A stretch of 64,000 nt of DNA from an uncultured Planctomycetaceae bacterium (GTDB lineage: Bacteria > Planctomycetota > Planctomycetia > Planctomycetales > Planctomycetaceae), in contig CAWFAK010000007.1 in the NCBI GenBank assembly GCA_963813715.1, positions 736,001-800,000 of the forward strand. The letters run 5' to 3'. A program made the position numbers and the translations under genes. This document shows, one piece after another, positions 43,760 to 54,215 of the stretch. The notes under the pieces are model-generated. The model saw nothing but the letters and a program-made list of their open reading frames with translations. It did not search any database and was not told where the DNA came from. Each line of letters opens with the position of its first letter. Position 1 is the stretch's first letter.

Positions 43760-46245
43760 TCAGGGGCTGGTGGCGGCCAGCGCCGGCCGTGCTGGTTCCT
43801 CGGATCTGGGAACGGGAGCCAGCGACAACAGTCGCTTGAACTCGACCATTAGGAAACGGACATCCATAAACGGCTCGAAGCTGACATCGCACCAGCGAAC
43901 GAGCCCCTGACCGTCGATCAAGTACGTTCCGTGCAGCGCGATGTGCTCGAAGTCGTCGTAAGCGCGGTATGACTGAAAGACGTTTAGCTTTGGATCGGCG
44001 AGCATCAGGAAGGGAAACGGCTCTGGCTTGTAACTCGCCAGCAGCTTCTGCACGCCGGTTGCATCGTCGGAGCTGACCGCGACGAGCTGCCAACCCAGCT
44101 CAGCCAGACGCGCGTGCTCCTTCACGAAGGCGGCCAGCTGAGCCTGACAGTGCGAACAGCCCGCCCCTAGAAAGAAGACCAGAATCACCGGTTTGCCGCG
44201 AAAATCGGCGAGCGAGTGTTCGCGGCCCTGCGCACACGGAGTTTCCAATCCGGGGCGATCCACGGTCGCCACATCCGCGGTCCCATCGCAGCGAGCGGCG
44301 GCCGACCAGCGAGGGTCTTCTGGATGTTGTCGGGCAGGCGCCAATCGGTCGGCCAGCCGAACGCGCGGGCGATCGGGTTCAGGCGAGCGAACGGCGGCGC
44401 GTCGAGGTCGGCCGTGCCAGCCAGCTCTCGGAGCGTTTGGAAACAAGCGCGGGCGTCCTGAATCCGGCCGTCGGCGTACAACGCCTCGGTCAAGTTGGCG
44501 AGGGGACGAACCTGCTGAGGCCGCTCGCTGGAATATTGCCGGGCGGACCGTACGGCAGCCGCCGTGTCGCCGACCTCGATCTGCTTCCGCGTGACGATGG
44601 CGAAGTCGACGTTGGTGCTTTCGTCGGCCATGTTGACGAGCGACCAATGCCCGTATCCCAACCAGGCCGCCGCGACAATGCCCGCCGTAACCGCCAAGAC
44701 CGCTTGCATCCAACGTCGACGAAGCAGCCACAGCCCCACGGCCTCGCCCGTCCCAATGGCAACGAGCCCCCAAATCAATTGAGTTCGACTGACGAAAAAG
44801 CCGGTGGCGATCCGCCGGTACGACTCCAACTCCGCCACGCGCCGCTGGATGCCGGCCAGAGGCCGGGCGAGCCGTCGCTCCGCCGCACGCAGCGCCGCGG
44901 TCCGCTGGTGCTCCGGCAACTGCTTCGCCTCGTCGATGGCCGCTTGCTGCGTGGCCAGTTGTTGATCGCGCAGCTCGCGCAAAGCCTGAAGTTCGGCGTC
45001 GCCCTGGGAATTCTCCCCTTTGCAGTAATAAGCAGCGCCGAGCGCAGCGTGCACCTTGGCTTGCTCGCTGGGGATGCGCGTGGGCTCGATCTCGCCGCTG
45101 CGGCATGCCTCGATCAGATCGCCCCAGTATTCGTATCGACGCAGGACTTGGATCAATCGTTCGCGGCCGTAATAGGCGCTCGAACCGTGCGCTTCCTTCG
45201 GCTTTTCCTTCTTTTCGTCCGTCGCCTGCTCCTGGTCGGGCGGCTCGAGCACGTTGAGCAGCGGATGCCGTGGCAGCGCGATCATCTGTTTGGCAATGTC
45301 GCGGGCGTCGTGGACGCGGCCCAACTGCATCAACGTCCGCACGAGCCATTCGTTGTTGTGGGCGTAGAGCTCGACCTGGTCGGGCAGAATGTGATCGCGC
45401 TCGATCCTTGCGTTTTCCGTGCGGAGGCAGGCCTCGAGCTGCCAGGCTGCTTCCGGATAGCGGCGCAGCGGGTAATAGATGTGGGTCGGCATGTGCCACA
45501 TGTGGCCGATCCCCGGGGCCGATTCGCCCGACTTGGCCGCCGACGTCAAACCTTGAGCCTGGTGATTCCCCTCGTCGACGAGGTGGATGACGGCATGATG
45601 GATCGGGTGCAGCGGGTCGACGGCCAGAATCTCGTGGGCAAGTGCCAGCGCTTCGGCCGCCTCGTTCCGCTCCGTCGGCCCCGACTCGAGGCGATGCCAG
45701 ATCCGCCAGACGGCGAAGGCCTTGGCTTCCAGGTCGTCGGGAAATTGTTGGATCAACGCCTTGTAGCCCGCATCGTTGCCCAGGGCGTCGATATACATCT
45801 GCTCGCGGGGCGAAAGCCCGGCCTTGTGAGCGGCTGCCTGTGCCGCAAACTCCCGGGCGCGGGTCGCGTTGCGCGGGTTCGCCAGCGACATGCCCCAATA
45901 AGCGATGCCGCAATTCGGATCGAACGCCGCCGCCTGCCGGAACGAACGCTCGGCCTCGTAATACGAGAAGCCGTGAAGTTGCCCGATCCCCTGTTCGATG
46001 TATTTCTGGACGCGGGGATCCTTCGACGTCACGGGAAAATGAATCTTCCCCGTGCCGGCGATCAGCCGTGCACTCTGTCGGGGGCCGCGGTCAAAGACTT
46101 CACCGGTGTGCGAGTGTCCGGGGAGAAATGAGCCATCGGCAGCGAGTGCCGGGGCCGACGCCGAGCCAACCAGGAGAACACCAAGCAGCAAGGCCTCTGG
46201 GAAAGCGCGACGCATCGAGAGCGGACCTGCGCGAGAATCGGACAC
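43760..46245 (-). CDS. TPR-like protein with C-terminal AhpC/TSA redoxin domain; frameshift ~44235
   Basis: GHSHTGEVF, EAERSFRQAA and GHMWHMPTHIY; after the shift, SLADFRGKPVILVFFLGAGCSHC..HGTYLID. Confidence 0.75.
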
Positions 46246-46413
46246 CGAAAGCAGCGGAGTCAGCGACCGCCGAGTCCGTTCTTCGGGTATAGCGAAGCCG
46301 TTTGACGAGTGTCAAACCGCTCACGCGTGGACAGCAACGGGGCCAGCCATCGCAGCATCGTCAACAGCCGGAACGTCAAAACGCGAACGCTGGCAGGACT
46401 TACTGAAGCCGTC

Positions 46414-46983
46414 CTAGGTCTCAATATGGGTCAACGCCTTTGGCCCGGGGGGCTTGGCCGACTCACCCGTTACCGACAGATTGAATTGGCAGTCGGTCTT
46501 GCCGGACGCTTCGAGGTTGATGGTGAACCCCTCCTTCTTCCCGTTGACGTCCGGATCGTTGTAGAGATTCTTCAACAGATCGGGACCGGTCATGCCCTGC
46601 TTCTTACGGCGCTCGAGAGCGGCGAACAGCAGCACGTATTTGCCCGGCGTCAGCCCTCCGTCCGGAAACTCGAACGCCCCATCAGCTTTGACGAGGACGT
46701 AGGCACCCGATGCGGGCGCGTCGGGCTTTGACGCGTCGTAGGCCATCACCACAAGCACCGTTTTTCGATTCTTGAAGGTGGGCGGCTCATTATCGATCGT
46801 CACGGTCCCCCCAAAGGAAAGACCGTGACGCGTTTCATCCCGCTGGCCTTATACGCCTCGTCGAGGCGCTGCGCCGCGGACGGCGTGTTGGTGCAACCGG
46901 CAGCGGCGAAGAGGCAAACCGCCGCCGCGGCTCCCGTGATGCGCGTGAAAAATGAACGACCGGACGGTCAAAGCGACCGACAT
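46414..46983 (-). CDS. Small lipoprotein, carboxypeptidase-regulatory-like (usual DUF1559 partner); two homopolymer frameshifts
   Basis: GGAG RBS and ATG 46983; reconstructed MSVALTVRSFIFTRITGAAAAVCLFAAAGC; GTVTID..DGAFEF..GLTPGKY. Confidence 0.7.
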
Positions 46984-47049
46984 CGTGAACTCCGCCAATC
47001 AAAAAGGCCTTCGCCCCGCTAAAAGCCCTCGTCACACAGAATGATGGTA

Positions 47050-47097
47050 GTAAAGAACCGCAGCCGCGCTCAAGAACGCCGTTCCTGAGCGCGGCCG
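47050..47097 (-). terminator. Hairpin downstream of the DUF1559 gene
   Basis: gccgcgctca (47063-47072) and tgagcgcggc (47086-47095) form a stem, followed by TTCTTT on the minus strand. Confidence 0.6.
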
Positions 47098-47130
47098 CAA
47101 TCGGATGCTACGCCAACGATGAGCGTTCTT

Positions 47131-48330
47131 TTAGAAGTTGTCCGTCACGGCCTCGTGGCCGCGCGGTGTCGTCAGGTAGCCGAAGGTAATGATGGAGATG
47201 TTCTCGCTGACCATGTGTGCCGACCCATCGCACATGGCGACTCCGCCGGCGCCGGGATGGAAACTGAAAACTCCGTTGACGCCCTTTTCGTTTGAGCAGT
47301 TGAAGAAGCAGATGGGCGCGGCACAGGTTGTCGGGTTGGCGCAGTTCCCCTGGCTCATGCCGGTGAAGTCAGATCCGTTGAACTCCGCGTCGCCGATGTG
47401 CTCAGAGGTCCACGTGCCACCGACGTTGGGGTTGTAACCATGAATAATGGTCGGCAGCAGCTGCTTGCCAGCTCTGGTCCACCAGTCCGGACGACCGGCC
47501 GACTCGGTGCAGAAGATCGTCGTGGACGTGCCGTCGGTAATTTGATCGATCGTCAGCCCAACGTAAGCGTCGGAATAGATGGCTTGACGTTTGCAGTTCA
47601 GGGCGCAGTGATTCCCCGTCGCATAGCGATAATAATTCCAAAGGTTACCGCTCATCCGGCACCAACCCTGATAATCCATCGCGCCCGACAATCGCGTATA
47701 GCCGGGGGTGGTAAACGCGGGCAGACAGCAATTCCAGCACTGGTTCCTCTCCACGAACGGATTTTGCGAACGCGGCGCCGAAGGACAAACGTAACCGGGA
47801 ATCACTTGAGCAGTTGGACGCGACGCAGCGCACGGATCGATACAGGGGCAACCGGAATTCTTGTACGTGTACGACGTCGGACACGGAACGCTCGACAAGC
47901 AGATCGGCGAGAAGTTGGGCGCATTCATGCACATCTTGTTGTAGACGGTCGTGGCCTCCATGTAGACCAGCAACCGCTCCGGCCAGACGTGCATGTTGTA
48001 GTCGTTGCGGCCGGGCCCATAGAAAATGTGCTTGCTGCTGTTGGTACAGGCGCCGCCGTGTCCGCAGCCCCAACCCGTCTGGATCCCGCAGCTGCAGACG
48101 CAGCCGCAGCAGTTGTTGTAAATCACCGAGAGCCCGATCGGGAGCTGGCTGGCGACGTCGTGGTAGTTGTTGACCGCCAGCACAATCTGCTTGAGATTGT
48201 TGCGGCACTGGGTCCGTCGTGCCGCTTCGCGCGCCGCCTGCACAGCCGGAAGCAAGAGCGCAATTAGTACCGCGATAATTGCGATGACGACCAAAAGCTC
48301 GATCAGGGTAAATGCTGTCCGCCGCCTCAT
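47131..48330 (-). CDS. DUF1559 prepilin-type protein, unusually Cys-rich
   Basis: [67 protein letters not shown]. Confidence 0.92.
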   Translation of the reverse strand: MRRRTAFTLIELLVVIAIIAVLIALLLPAVQAAREAARRTQCRNNLKQIVLAVNNYHDVASQLPIGLSVIYNNCCGCVCSCGIQTGWGCGHGGACTNSSKHIFYGPGRNDYNMHVWPERLLVYMEATTVYNKMCMNAPNFSPICLSSVPCPTSYTYKNSGCPCIDPCAASRPTAQVIPGYVCPSAPRSQNPFVERNQCWNCCLPAFTTPGYTRLSGAMDYQGWCRMSGNLWNYYRYATGNHCALNCKRQAIYSDAYVGLTIDQITDGTSTTIFCTESAGRPDWWTRAGKQLLPTIIHGYNPNVGGTWTSEHIGDAEFNGSDFTGMSQGNCANPTTCAAPICFFNCSNEKGVNGVFSFHPGAGGVAMCDGSAHMVSENISIITFGYLTTPRGHEAVTDNF

Positions 48331-48494
48331 CCTTCGTCCCTTTCAAAAAAATAAGATGGCACTCGCGCGTTTTGCGCGCGCAATCACCGACGGGAACATG
48401 AAACAAGAAGACCTTCGCCCTCGCCTTGTCCCCCAAGTTTGCCAAACTCGGGGCGAATTTCCATCAGCAATTCGTTATCTAAACCACGTTCTTT

Positions 48495-48516
48495 TTAAAA
48501 ATTGCGTAATTTTTAA
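48495..48516. promoter_or_regulatory. AT-rich palindrome in divergent promoter region
   Basis: ttaaaaatt-gcgt-aatttttaa, with perfect 9-bp arms. Confidence 0.45.
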
Positions 48517-48714
48517 GACATGGAGAACAGTCGTATCCGTATGAACTTGAGCGCTTTAGGGGATCCGCCGTCGTTGAGCGTCGACGAGGAGCGGCAGTGC
48601 CGCAAGCGGCAGGAACGAGCGCCCATTCGAGGGCTGCGCGGGCCGCTTTACTCTCCCCTGGCGGGCATCTATGTTGAAGTTTCCCAGTCTTTCTTAGGCC
48701 GCAGTTGAGCAGAA

Positions 48715-51207
48715 ATGGCGTCTTCTCGAAAGGCCGTTTTTCTGACCGCGATGGTGGTCCTCGGCCTGATTGCCGTGGGTGCCTATGCTTGGTTTGGACG
48801 TGACCGGCCGAACAATGCGGGTGCGGAAGCGGCCGCGAAGTCCAAGCAATTTCGCGACACCCGAGAGGCGGAAATCCAGGTCGATTTGAAGAATTCGGCC
48901 ATCGCGGATCTCGAAAACGGTCAGCTCGCCCAGGCCGATCCTGTGCTGCTCAACTTGGCGACCGCCGGAATGCGTGAGCCGCTTGGGCGAAACTGGACCA
49001 TCGGACGGCTGTTGGCCATTCAAGGCCTCGACCTCAAGCGCGACCCCATCGCTTACGACGAGGCCGTCGAACGAGCCCAAACGGCTCTCAATCTGGAAAC
49101 GGCCCTCGAGTCCAAAACGGCCGTCCGCCATTACCTGGCCGCCAAACTTGCGGAGGCCCGCAACTCCTCCAAAGTGCGTGTCTTCGAGCAGCACATCGCG
49201 GCTGGAATGTCTCCAGGCGACGCCGTGCAATGGGCCGAACTCTATCAGGCTCAGACCAATTCCGGCACGGCGGCCGGCCGCGCCGACAGCCAGGGAACCC
49301 TCAAATCCCTCCAGTCGCTGGTCCCCGACAATCTGTACGCCCAGCTCGAGTGGCTGGGCGTCCAAGCCCGCACCAAAGACAAAGAGATCGCCGATACCTT
49401 GAGCCGGCTCGACGGCTTGCTCAGCCCCATCTTTGCATATCACGGTCCCGAGGCGGCCGCCCGTTTCCGCGGACTGGTGGACCAGGCACAAGCGGCGTTC
49501 AAAGCGGCGAACTGGCCGGCCGTCGGGGAGAAAGTGGCGGCCATCGACCAAATGGTTCGACCGCTCCCCGAAGTCGAGTCCGACCGGCATTGCATCCAGC
49601 GAGATCTTTCCTGGCACATCGTTTCCGATTACACGCATGCCTTCTACCAAAAGCATCGAATCGATCGGCGACTTCCATCGGCCGGCCACCCAGTGCAGTT
49701 TCGCGAGATTCAATTGTCGGGGCCGCTGGTCGAGATCGCTGACGCCCACGAGGCCCAGTTTGTCGAGGTCGATGCCGACGCCGGTCCCCGGCTCGACATT
49801 GCGGTCTTGCGGGACGAATCCTTCGCGTTGTTCCGTCGCGATGCGAAAGAGTCGAGCGGCAGAGCCTGGATCCGAACGGCCTCCGCTCCCCTGCCCCGCG
49901 GAGCCTACAGCCATTTCCTCTCGGCCGATCTCGGCGGCGATCCGAACGGCGCGACGAACCCGACGGAGTCTGCCAAGGGACCCGCATCGAAGACCGACCA
50001 GTCTCCGACCGACTTCGTGCTGTTTGGTCCGGCCGGTCTGTTGGTATTGGAGACGCGCGATGGCGCGGGCCCGGACTTGCTGACACTGCACGCCGTGCCT
50101 ACCCCGGCACTCGCAGAGGCCACTAAAGGCGCGACGTCGGTCGTCGCGATCGACCTCGACGGCGACGGCTTGAACGACCTGGTCGTCGCCTGCCGAAAGC
50201 CCGATGGGCCCGGCGCAACGCTCCGCGTCTTGCGAAACCAGGGAAACCGCACATTTCGCGACGCGACGGCTCGGTCCTGGATCAAAGACGTGCCGGTCGG
50301 CATCGGCTCGCTGGTCGCCGTCGACTGGGATAACGATCTCGACATCGATCTCCTCGCGCCGGGCTGGCTCCCAAGACCGGCGCAGTCCCAGCTCACCTTC
50401 CTGAAGGGGCGCGGCTTGGCGCGTTTCGGATCGCAGCGCTTCCCCGTCAAGGACAGCGACATCCAATCGGCGACAACTTTGGCCGTGCTTGATGCCGATT
50501 CCAATGGGTCCTGGGACCTGCTGGCCAGTGGCCCGCACGGCATGCAGTTGCTGCTCACTTCGACCATCGAACACGGCCGCGTCGACACGATCGGGGTGGA
50601 AGCCGTCTCCGATTTCCCTGCCGACGGGCTGCTGGTGTTCGATTACGACAACGACGGCTGCCCCGATTTGATCGCCTGGAATCGTGACGCCGTTCGGTGC
50701 TTCCATGGAAGCCCTGAAGGGCATTTCGAGCCGACGAACGACGTGTTGCCGGCAGGATTGGGCACAATCCTCTCCGCCGACTTCGGCGATCTCGATCAAG
50801 ACGGCGATAGCGATTTGCTCGTGGTGAAGTCCGAGCCGGGGAAAACTGTCGGCCGCGTGGCCCTGCTGCTGAACGAAGGTGGCAACGCGAACAACTGGAT
50901 CGACGTGCGGCTGGAGAACCGCCCGGCCGAGTCCAAAGCGGCCGACCGGATGGCAGGCGAAGCGACGGCGAAGACCGTGGGACAAACCCGCGTTCCGCCC
51001 AAAGGCCGCGGGGCAACGCTGTGCCTCAAGAATCGAGGGGTTTCTCAGATGCAAATGGTCACGAAGCCGGTGACGCACTTCGGCCTGGGCAGCCTGGATG
51101 CGGCCCAAGTGCTTCGTGTGCTGTGGAACACGGGCGTGCCGGTCAATGTGCCCCAGCCGGCCAAGAACACGACCTTGGTTCAAACGCCGCCGAACCGGAC
51201 GCCGTAA
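48715..51207 (+). CDS. FG-GAP repeat / CRTAC1(ASPIC)-like membrane-anchored protein
   Basis: N-terminal TM and TPR-like region, repeats DLDGDGLNDL, DWDNDLDIDL, DYDNDGCPDL, DLDQDGDSDL, and an HFGLG motif. Confidence 0.82.
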   Translation: MASSRKAVFLTAMVVLGLIAVGAYAWFGRDRPNNAGAEAAAKSKQFRDTREAEIQVDLKNSAIADLENGQLAQADPVLLNLATAGMREPLGRNWTIGRLLAIQGLDLKRDPIAYDEAVERAQTALNLETALESKTAVRHYLAAKLAEARNSSKVRVFEQHIAAGMSPGDAVQWAELYQAQTNSGTAAGRADSQGTLKSLQSLVPDNLYAQLEWLGVQARTKDKEIADTLSRLDGLLSPIFAYHGPEAAARFRGLVDQAQAAFKAANWPAVGEKVAAIDQMVRPLPEVESDRHCIQRDLSWHIVSDYTHAFYQKHRIDRRLPSAGHPVQFREIQLSGPLVEIADAHEAQFVEVDADAGPRLDIAVLRDESFALFRRDAKESSGRAWIRTASAPLPRGAYSHFLSADLGGDPNGATNPTESAKGPASKTDQSPTDFVLFGPAGLLVLETRDGAGPDLLTLHAVPTPALAEATKGATSVVAIDLDGDGLNDLVVACRKPDGPGATLRVLRNQGNRTFRDATARSWIKDVPVGIGSLVAVDWDNDLDIDLLAPGWLPRPAQSQLTFLKGRGLARFGSQRFPVKDSDIQSATTLAVLDADSNGSWDLLASGPHGMQLLLTSTIEHGRVDTIGVEAVSDFPADGLLVFDYDNDGCPDLIAWNRDAVRCFHGSPEGHFEPTNDVLPAGLGTILSADFGDLDQDGDSDLLVVKSEPGKTVGRVALLLNEGGNANNWIDVRLENRPAESKAADRMAGEATAKTVGQTRVPPKGRGATLCLKNRGVSQMQMVTKPVTHFGLGSLDAAQVLRVLWNTGVPVNVPQPAKNTTLVQTPPNRTP

Positions 51208-51369
51208 GTCGCAGGGGACAACAAGCGGTTGGGCGTCGGCCGCCTCACACGGAGCTGGCGGGTGGATTTGCCCCCGTGCGGCGCATACGGCTATTCTGGA
51301 ACGGACGACATTTCCGAGAGCGATCATCTCCGTCAATCTTCGCTGATTTTCAATTGGGGGCCCGGGTTC

Positions 51370-52218
51370 ATGTCTTGGCGTGTGGGTAGAGCGGCGACTT
51401 TGATTCTGGTGGCATGCGCGTCCGTCGGATCGGCCGCTGAGGAGTTTCACTACCCGCTCAAGCCGGCGGTGGCGGCAAACGGCTCGGTCTACGTGGCCGA
51501 TCTGAAGTTGCCGGGCATTGTCGTCGTCCAGAACGGGACGATCGAAAAGTTCTTCACGGCCGCGAAAAAAATTGGCACGCCCCTCTATCGCGTCCGCTGC
51601 GTGGCGGTCGATCGCAATGGCAAAGTCCTCGCCGGAGACTCCGCGACCCGCGAAGTCTACCGCTTCGACGAGCCCGGGAAGCCGACTCCGCTCACCAAGG
51701 GCGCCCAGGGCGGCATTGGGATCCCGATGGCCATCGCCGTCGACAGCAAGGGAAACATTTTCGTTGCTGATTTGGAAGTTCACGCCATCTGGAAGATTCC
51801 TCCCAAGGGGGGCGCGGCCGAGAAGTTCGCCGACGTGCCGGCGCCTTGTGGCATGGCCATCGACGACAAAGACGAGCTGTGGGTCGTCTCCCGCTCCAAG
51901 CGGCAGCTGTTCAAGGTCTCGCCCGAAGGCAAAGTGGAAGTCGCCGTCACCGATCGGCCCTTTCAATTTCCCAATGACGTCGCGCTCGACGGCAAGGGCA
52001 ACGTCTTCATCAGCGACGGTTACGCCAAAACGATCTGGAAGCTCACCAGCGGAGGCAAACCGACGAGCTGGATCGCCGATAAACAACTCATCAATCCGGT
52101 CGGCCTGGCTTGGCACGACGGCAGCCTGCTGATTGCCGATCCGAACCCGCAAGCGAAGACGGGCCAGGTCTACAAGGCCGACGCGGCGGGCAAGCTCTCT
52201 CCACTCGTGGGCAAATAG
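51370..52218 (+). CDS. NHL-repeat beta-propeller protein
   Basis: PMAIAVDSKGNIFVAD, PNDVALDGKGNVFISD; signal peptide. Confidence 0.82.
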   Translation: MSWRVGRAATLILVACASVGSAAEEFHYPLKPAVAANGSVYVADLKLPGIVVVQNGTIEKFFTAAKKIGTPLYRVRCVAVDRNGKVLAGDSATREVYRFDEPGKPTPLTKGAQGGIGIPMAIAVDSKGNIFVADLEVHAIWKIPPKGGAAEKFADVPAPCGMAIDDKDELWVVSRSKRQLFKVSPEGKVEVAVTDRPFQFPNDVALDGKGNVFISDGYAKTIWKLTSGGKPTSWIADKQLINPVGLAWHDGSLLIADPNPQAKTGQVYKADAAGKLSPLVGK

Positions 52219-52245
52219 CCGCGCGACCGGCCCACGCAAAGCCGC

Positions 52246-53055
52246 TCACAGGCAGCCGCCGATCGACCGCATGATCCAGCGATCGACCTGGCGCAACAGC
52301 GGTCGCGACGAAGGTCGCCCGCACGCCGACGTGCGAACGGAGACTTCGAGTCCCGCCGCGTACAGCAGCCGGCCGACTTGCTCGGCCTGGGCGTGGCTGG
52401 GCGCCTTCTGGTTATCCGCGACGATCAAGGCCTGCTTGCCGGAGAGCGCGCGGAACTGACGCAAGGGCCGGCGACCCCAGGGAAATCGCCCGCCCAGCAC
52501 GGCGACTCCCGCGAACCATTGCGGCCGCGTCAAAAACAGGTCCCAGGCCATCGTCCCGCCCTCACCCGCCCCGACCAGAAACACGCGCTCGGTGTGGATG
52601 TGGAAGTCGCGCCGCATCTGCCGCACGCTCGCGTAGAGGCGTTCCTCGAAATCCAGTCCCGCGTTGCGAGTCCGGCTCCAGCTGAAGGCGTCGGACGCAT
52701 CGCGGCTCGTGCGCGCGGTGCCGCGGAGGGCCAGGCCGATGTAATTCCGCATGCTGATCATCGGCAGCACTTCGACGATGTCGCGTTCGTTGCGTCCCGC
52801 GTCGTGCAACCAGACGACCAGCGGATAGGCGTAGTTCGGCTCGTAGTTTTCGGGGACGAACACGCCGCACGGATGCGCTTGCGGCGCAGGGAATTCGCGG
52901 TCGTCGTCGCAAACCCGCGTCGTCGTCTCGGACGAGAGGATGATCTCCGCGGGGGACGATGCGCAGCCCGACGTGTCGCCGCTGCCGGAGGAGTACTGGA
53001 ACTCCGACCCAGCGGCATCTGACCAGGAGGGCTGCGAAAAGCGTGACGACGTCAT
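52246..53055 (-). CDS. Alpha/beta-hydrolase-fold protein (phospholipase/carboxylesterase-like, degenerate active site)
   Basis: YEPNYAYPLVVWLH, ERVFLVGAGEGGTMA, FAGVAVLGG. Confidence 0.72.
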   Translation of the reverse strand: MTSSRFSQPSWSDAAGSEFQYSSGSGDTSGCASSPAEIILSSETTTRVCDDDREFPAPQAHPCGVFVPENYEPNYAYPLVVWLHDAGRNERDIVEVLPMISMRNYIGLALRGTARTSRDASDAFSWSRTRNAGLDFEERLYASVRQMRRDFHIHTERVFLVGAGEGGTMAWDLFLTRPQWFAGVAVLGGRFPWGRRPLRQFRALSGKQALIVADNQKAPSHAQAEQVGRLLYAAGLEVSVRTSACGRPSSRPLLRQVDRWIMRSIGGCL

Positions 53056-53946
53056 GGATGGTTCCTTTCCTCGGCGGCGACCGGCAACAGGCCGCCCCCG
53101 GACTCAACGGCGACCCCGGAGCGGGCATCCGTTGGATTGGCGACGGCCGGCAGGCGGCCGTCGGTTGGCGTTGCGGCGAGATGGAGATGCTCGTCGCGCG
53201 GCCTTGTTGCACCCAGCAGCGGGTCCGTGCGCCCTGGGCGATTTCGTCCATCGGGAAGTATTTTCCCGGACACGCAGTAGCCTTGATGTCGCTATGTCTG
53301 ATGATGTTGGGCGTCTCGATGCCGTAGCGCACCCGCAGCACGCGGATCAGGCGGCGGACCGAGGCGATCTGCGCCGGGCTGGGCGGTCCCAGGTCGAAGT
53401 TGCCCACGACCGCAATCCCGATGCCGTGTTTGTTGTGCTCGTCCTCGCCGGCGTGGGCTCCTTGCAACTGCTGACGCCAGCGGAAGGTCGGCTCGATTTC
53501 GCCGTCGCCCATGCCGTTGCCGTTACCCACGACGAAGTGATAGCCGATGCCCATCCAGTGATTGCCGTTCTTGTCGCGGCGCCGCAGGTGGGCCTCATTG
53601 ATGCTTTCGACGCTCCCGCGGGACGAGGCGGTGTGGTGCAAGACGATGTAAGTCCATTGCCGAGGAGGAACGTCGGGCCGCCAGGGGTCGATGGCCAAGG
53701 TCGGCGGCCCATACGGATCGATCCGGCCGCTGATCGCGGCCTGCGAGTCGGGCGCTGGCAACATGGGCGTGCGAGTGACCATGCGGGGATTTGCCGGTTC
53801 AACGTCGGATGGAAGCGTTGCCGACGGCATCCGTCCTGGCTGAAAGCAACCCACCATCACTGCGCATGGTGCCGCCGTCAGCCCAAGGATCCCTACCCCC
53901 CGAGCGCCAACGCCGTCTCCCCACCTTGGGATTCCTGCCGATCCAT
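53052..53946 (-). CDS. N-acetylmuramoyl-L-alanine amidase (Amidase_2/PGRP), probable lipoprotein; frameshift ~53230, start uncertain
   Basis: IVLHHTA, GIGYHFVVGNG, GAHAG, HSDIKATACPG (H/H/C zinc ligands). Confidence 0.85.
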
Positions 53947-54215
53947 CGGACCCGCCGAAGTGCAATCCTTTGCCGCGACGGGCTAGGCGCTGGACTCTAC
54001 AGGGACCCGAAAACCGTGTCAACACGCACCCCCGTTCCCCGCAGCCTCAGCGCTTGATCCGAAATCCCCAAACACGAAAATTCCACGGGACCGGTCAAAC
54101 TTTACACAAGCGCCCAACGATGTGGCCCGATTATTCTACGCAGTCTGCCGACTCTTACTTTTTTCTCTCACGCGCCGCATTCGCCAAGCTTCAAAATGAC
54201 CGCCTTTGCTCGTGA

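Noticed and set aside
48694..52239. 1181-aa minus-strand ORF
   Set aside because: Antisense shadow of the FG-GAP and NHL genes. It has no motifs, and such ORFs are expected with high-GC codon bias.
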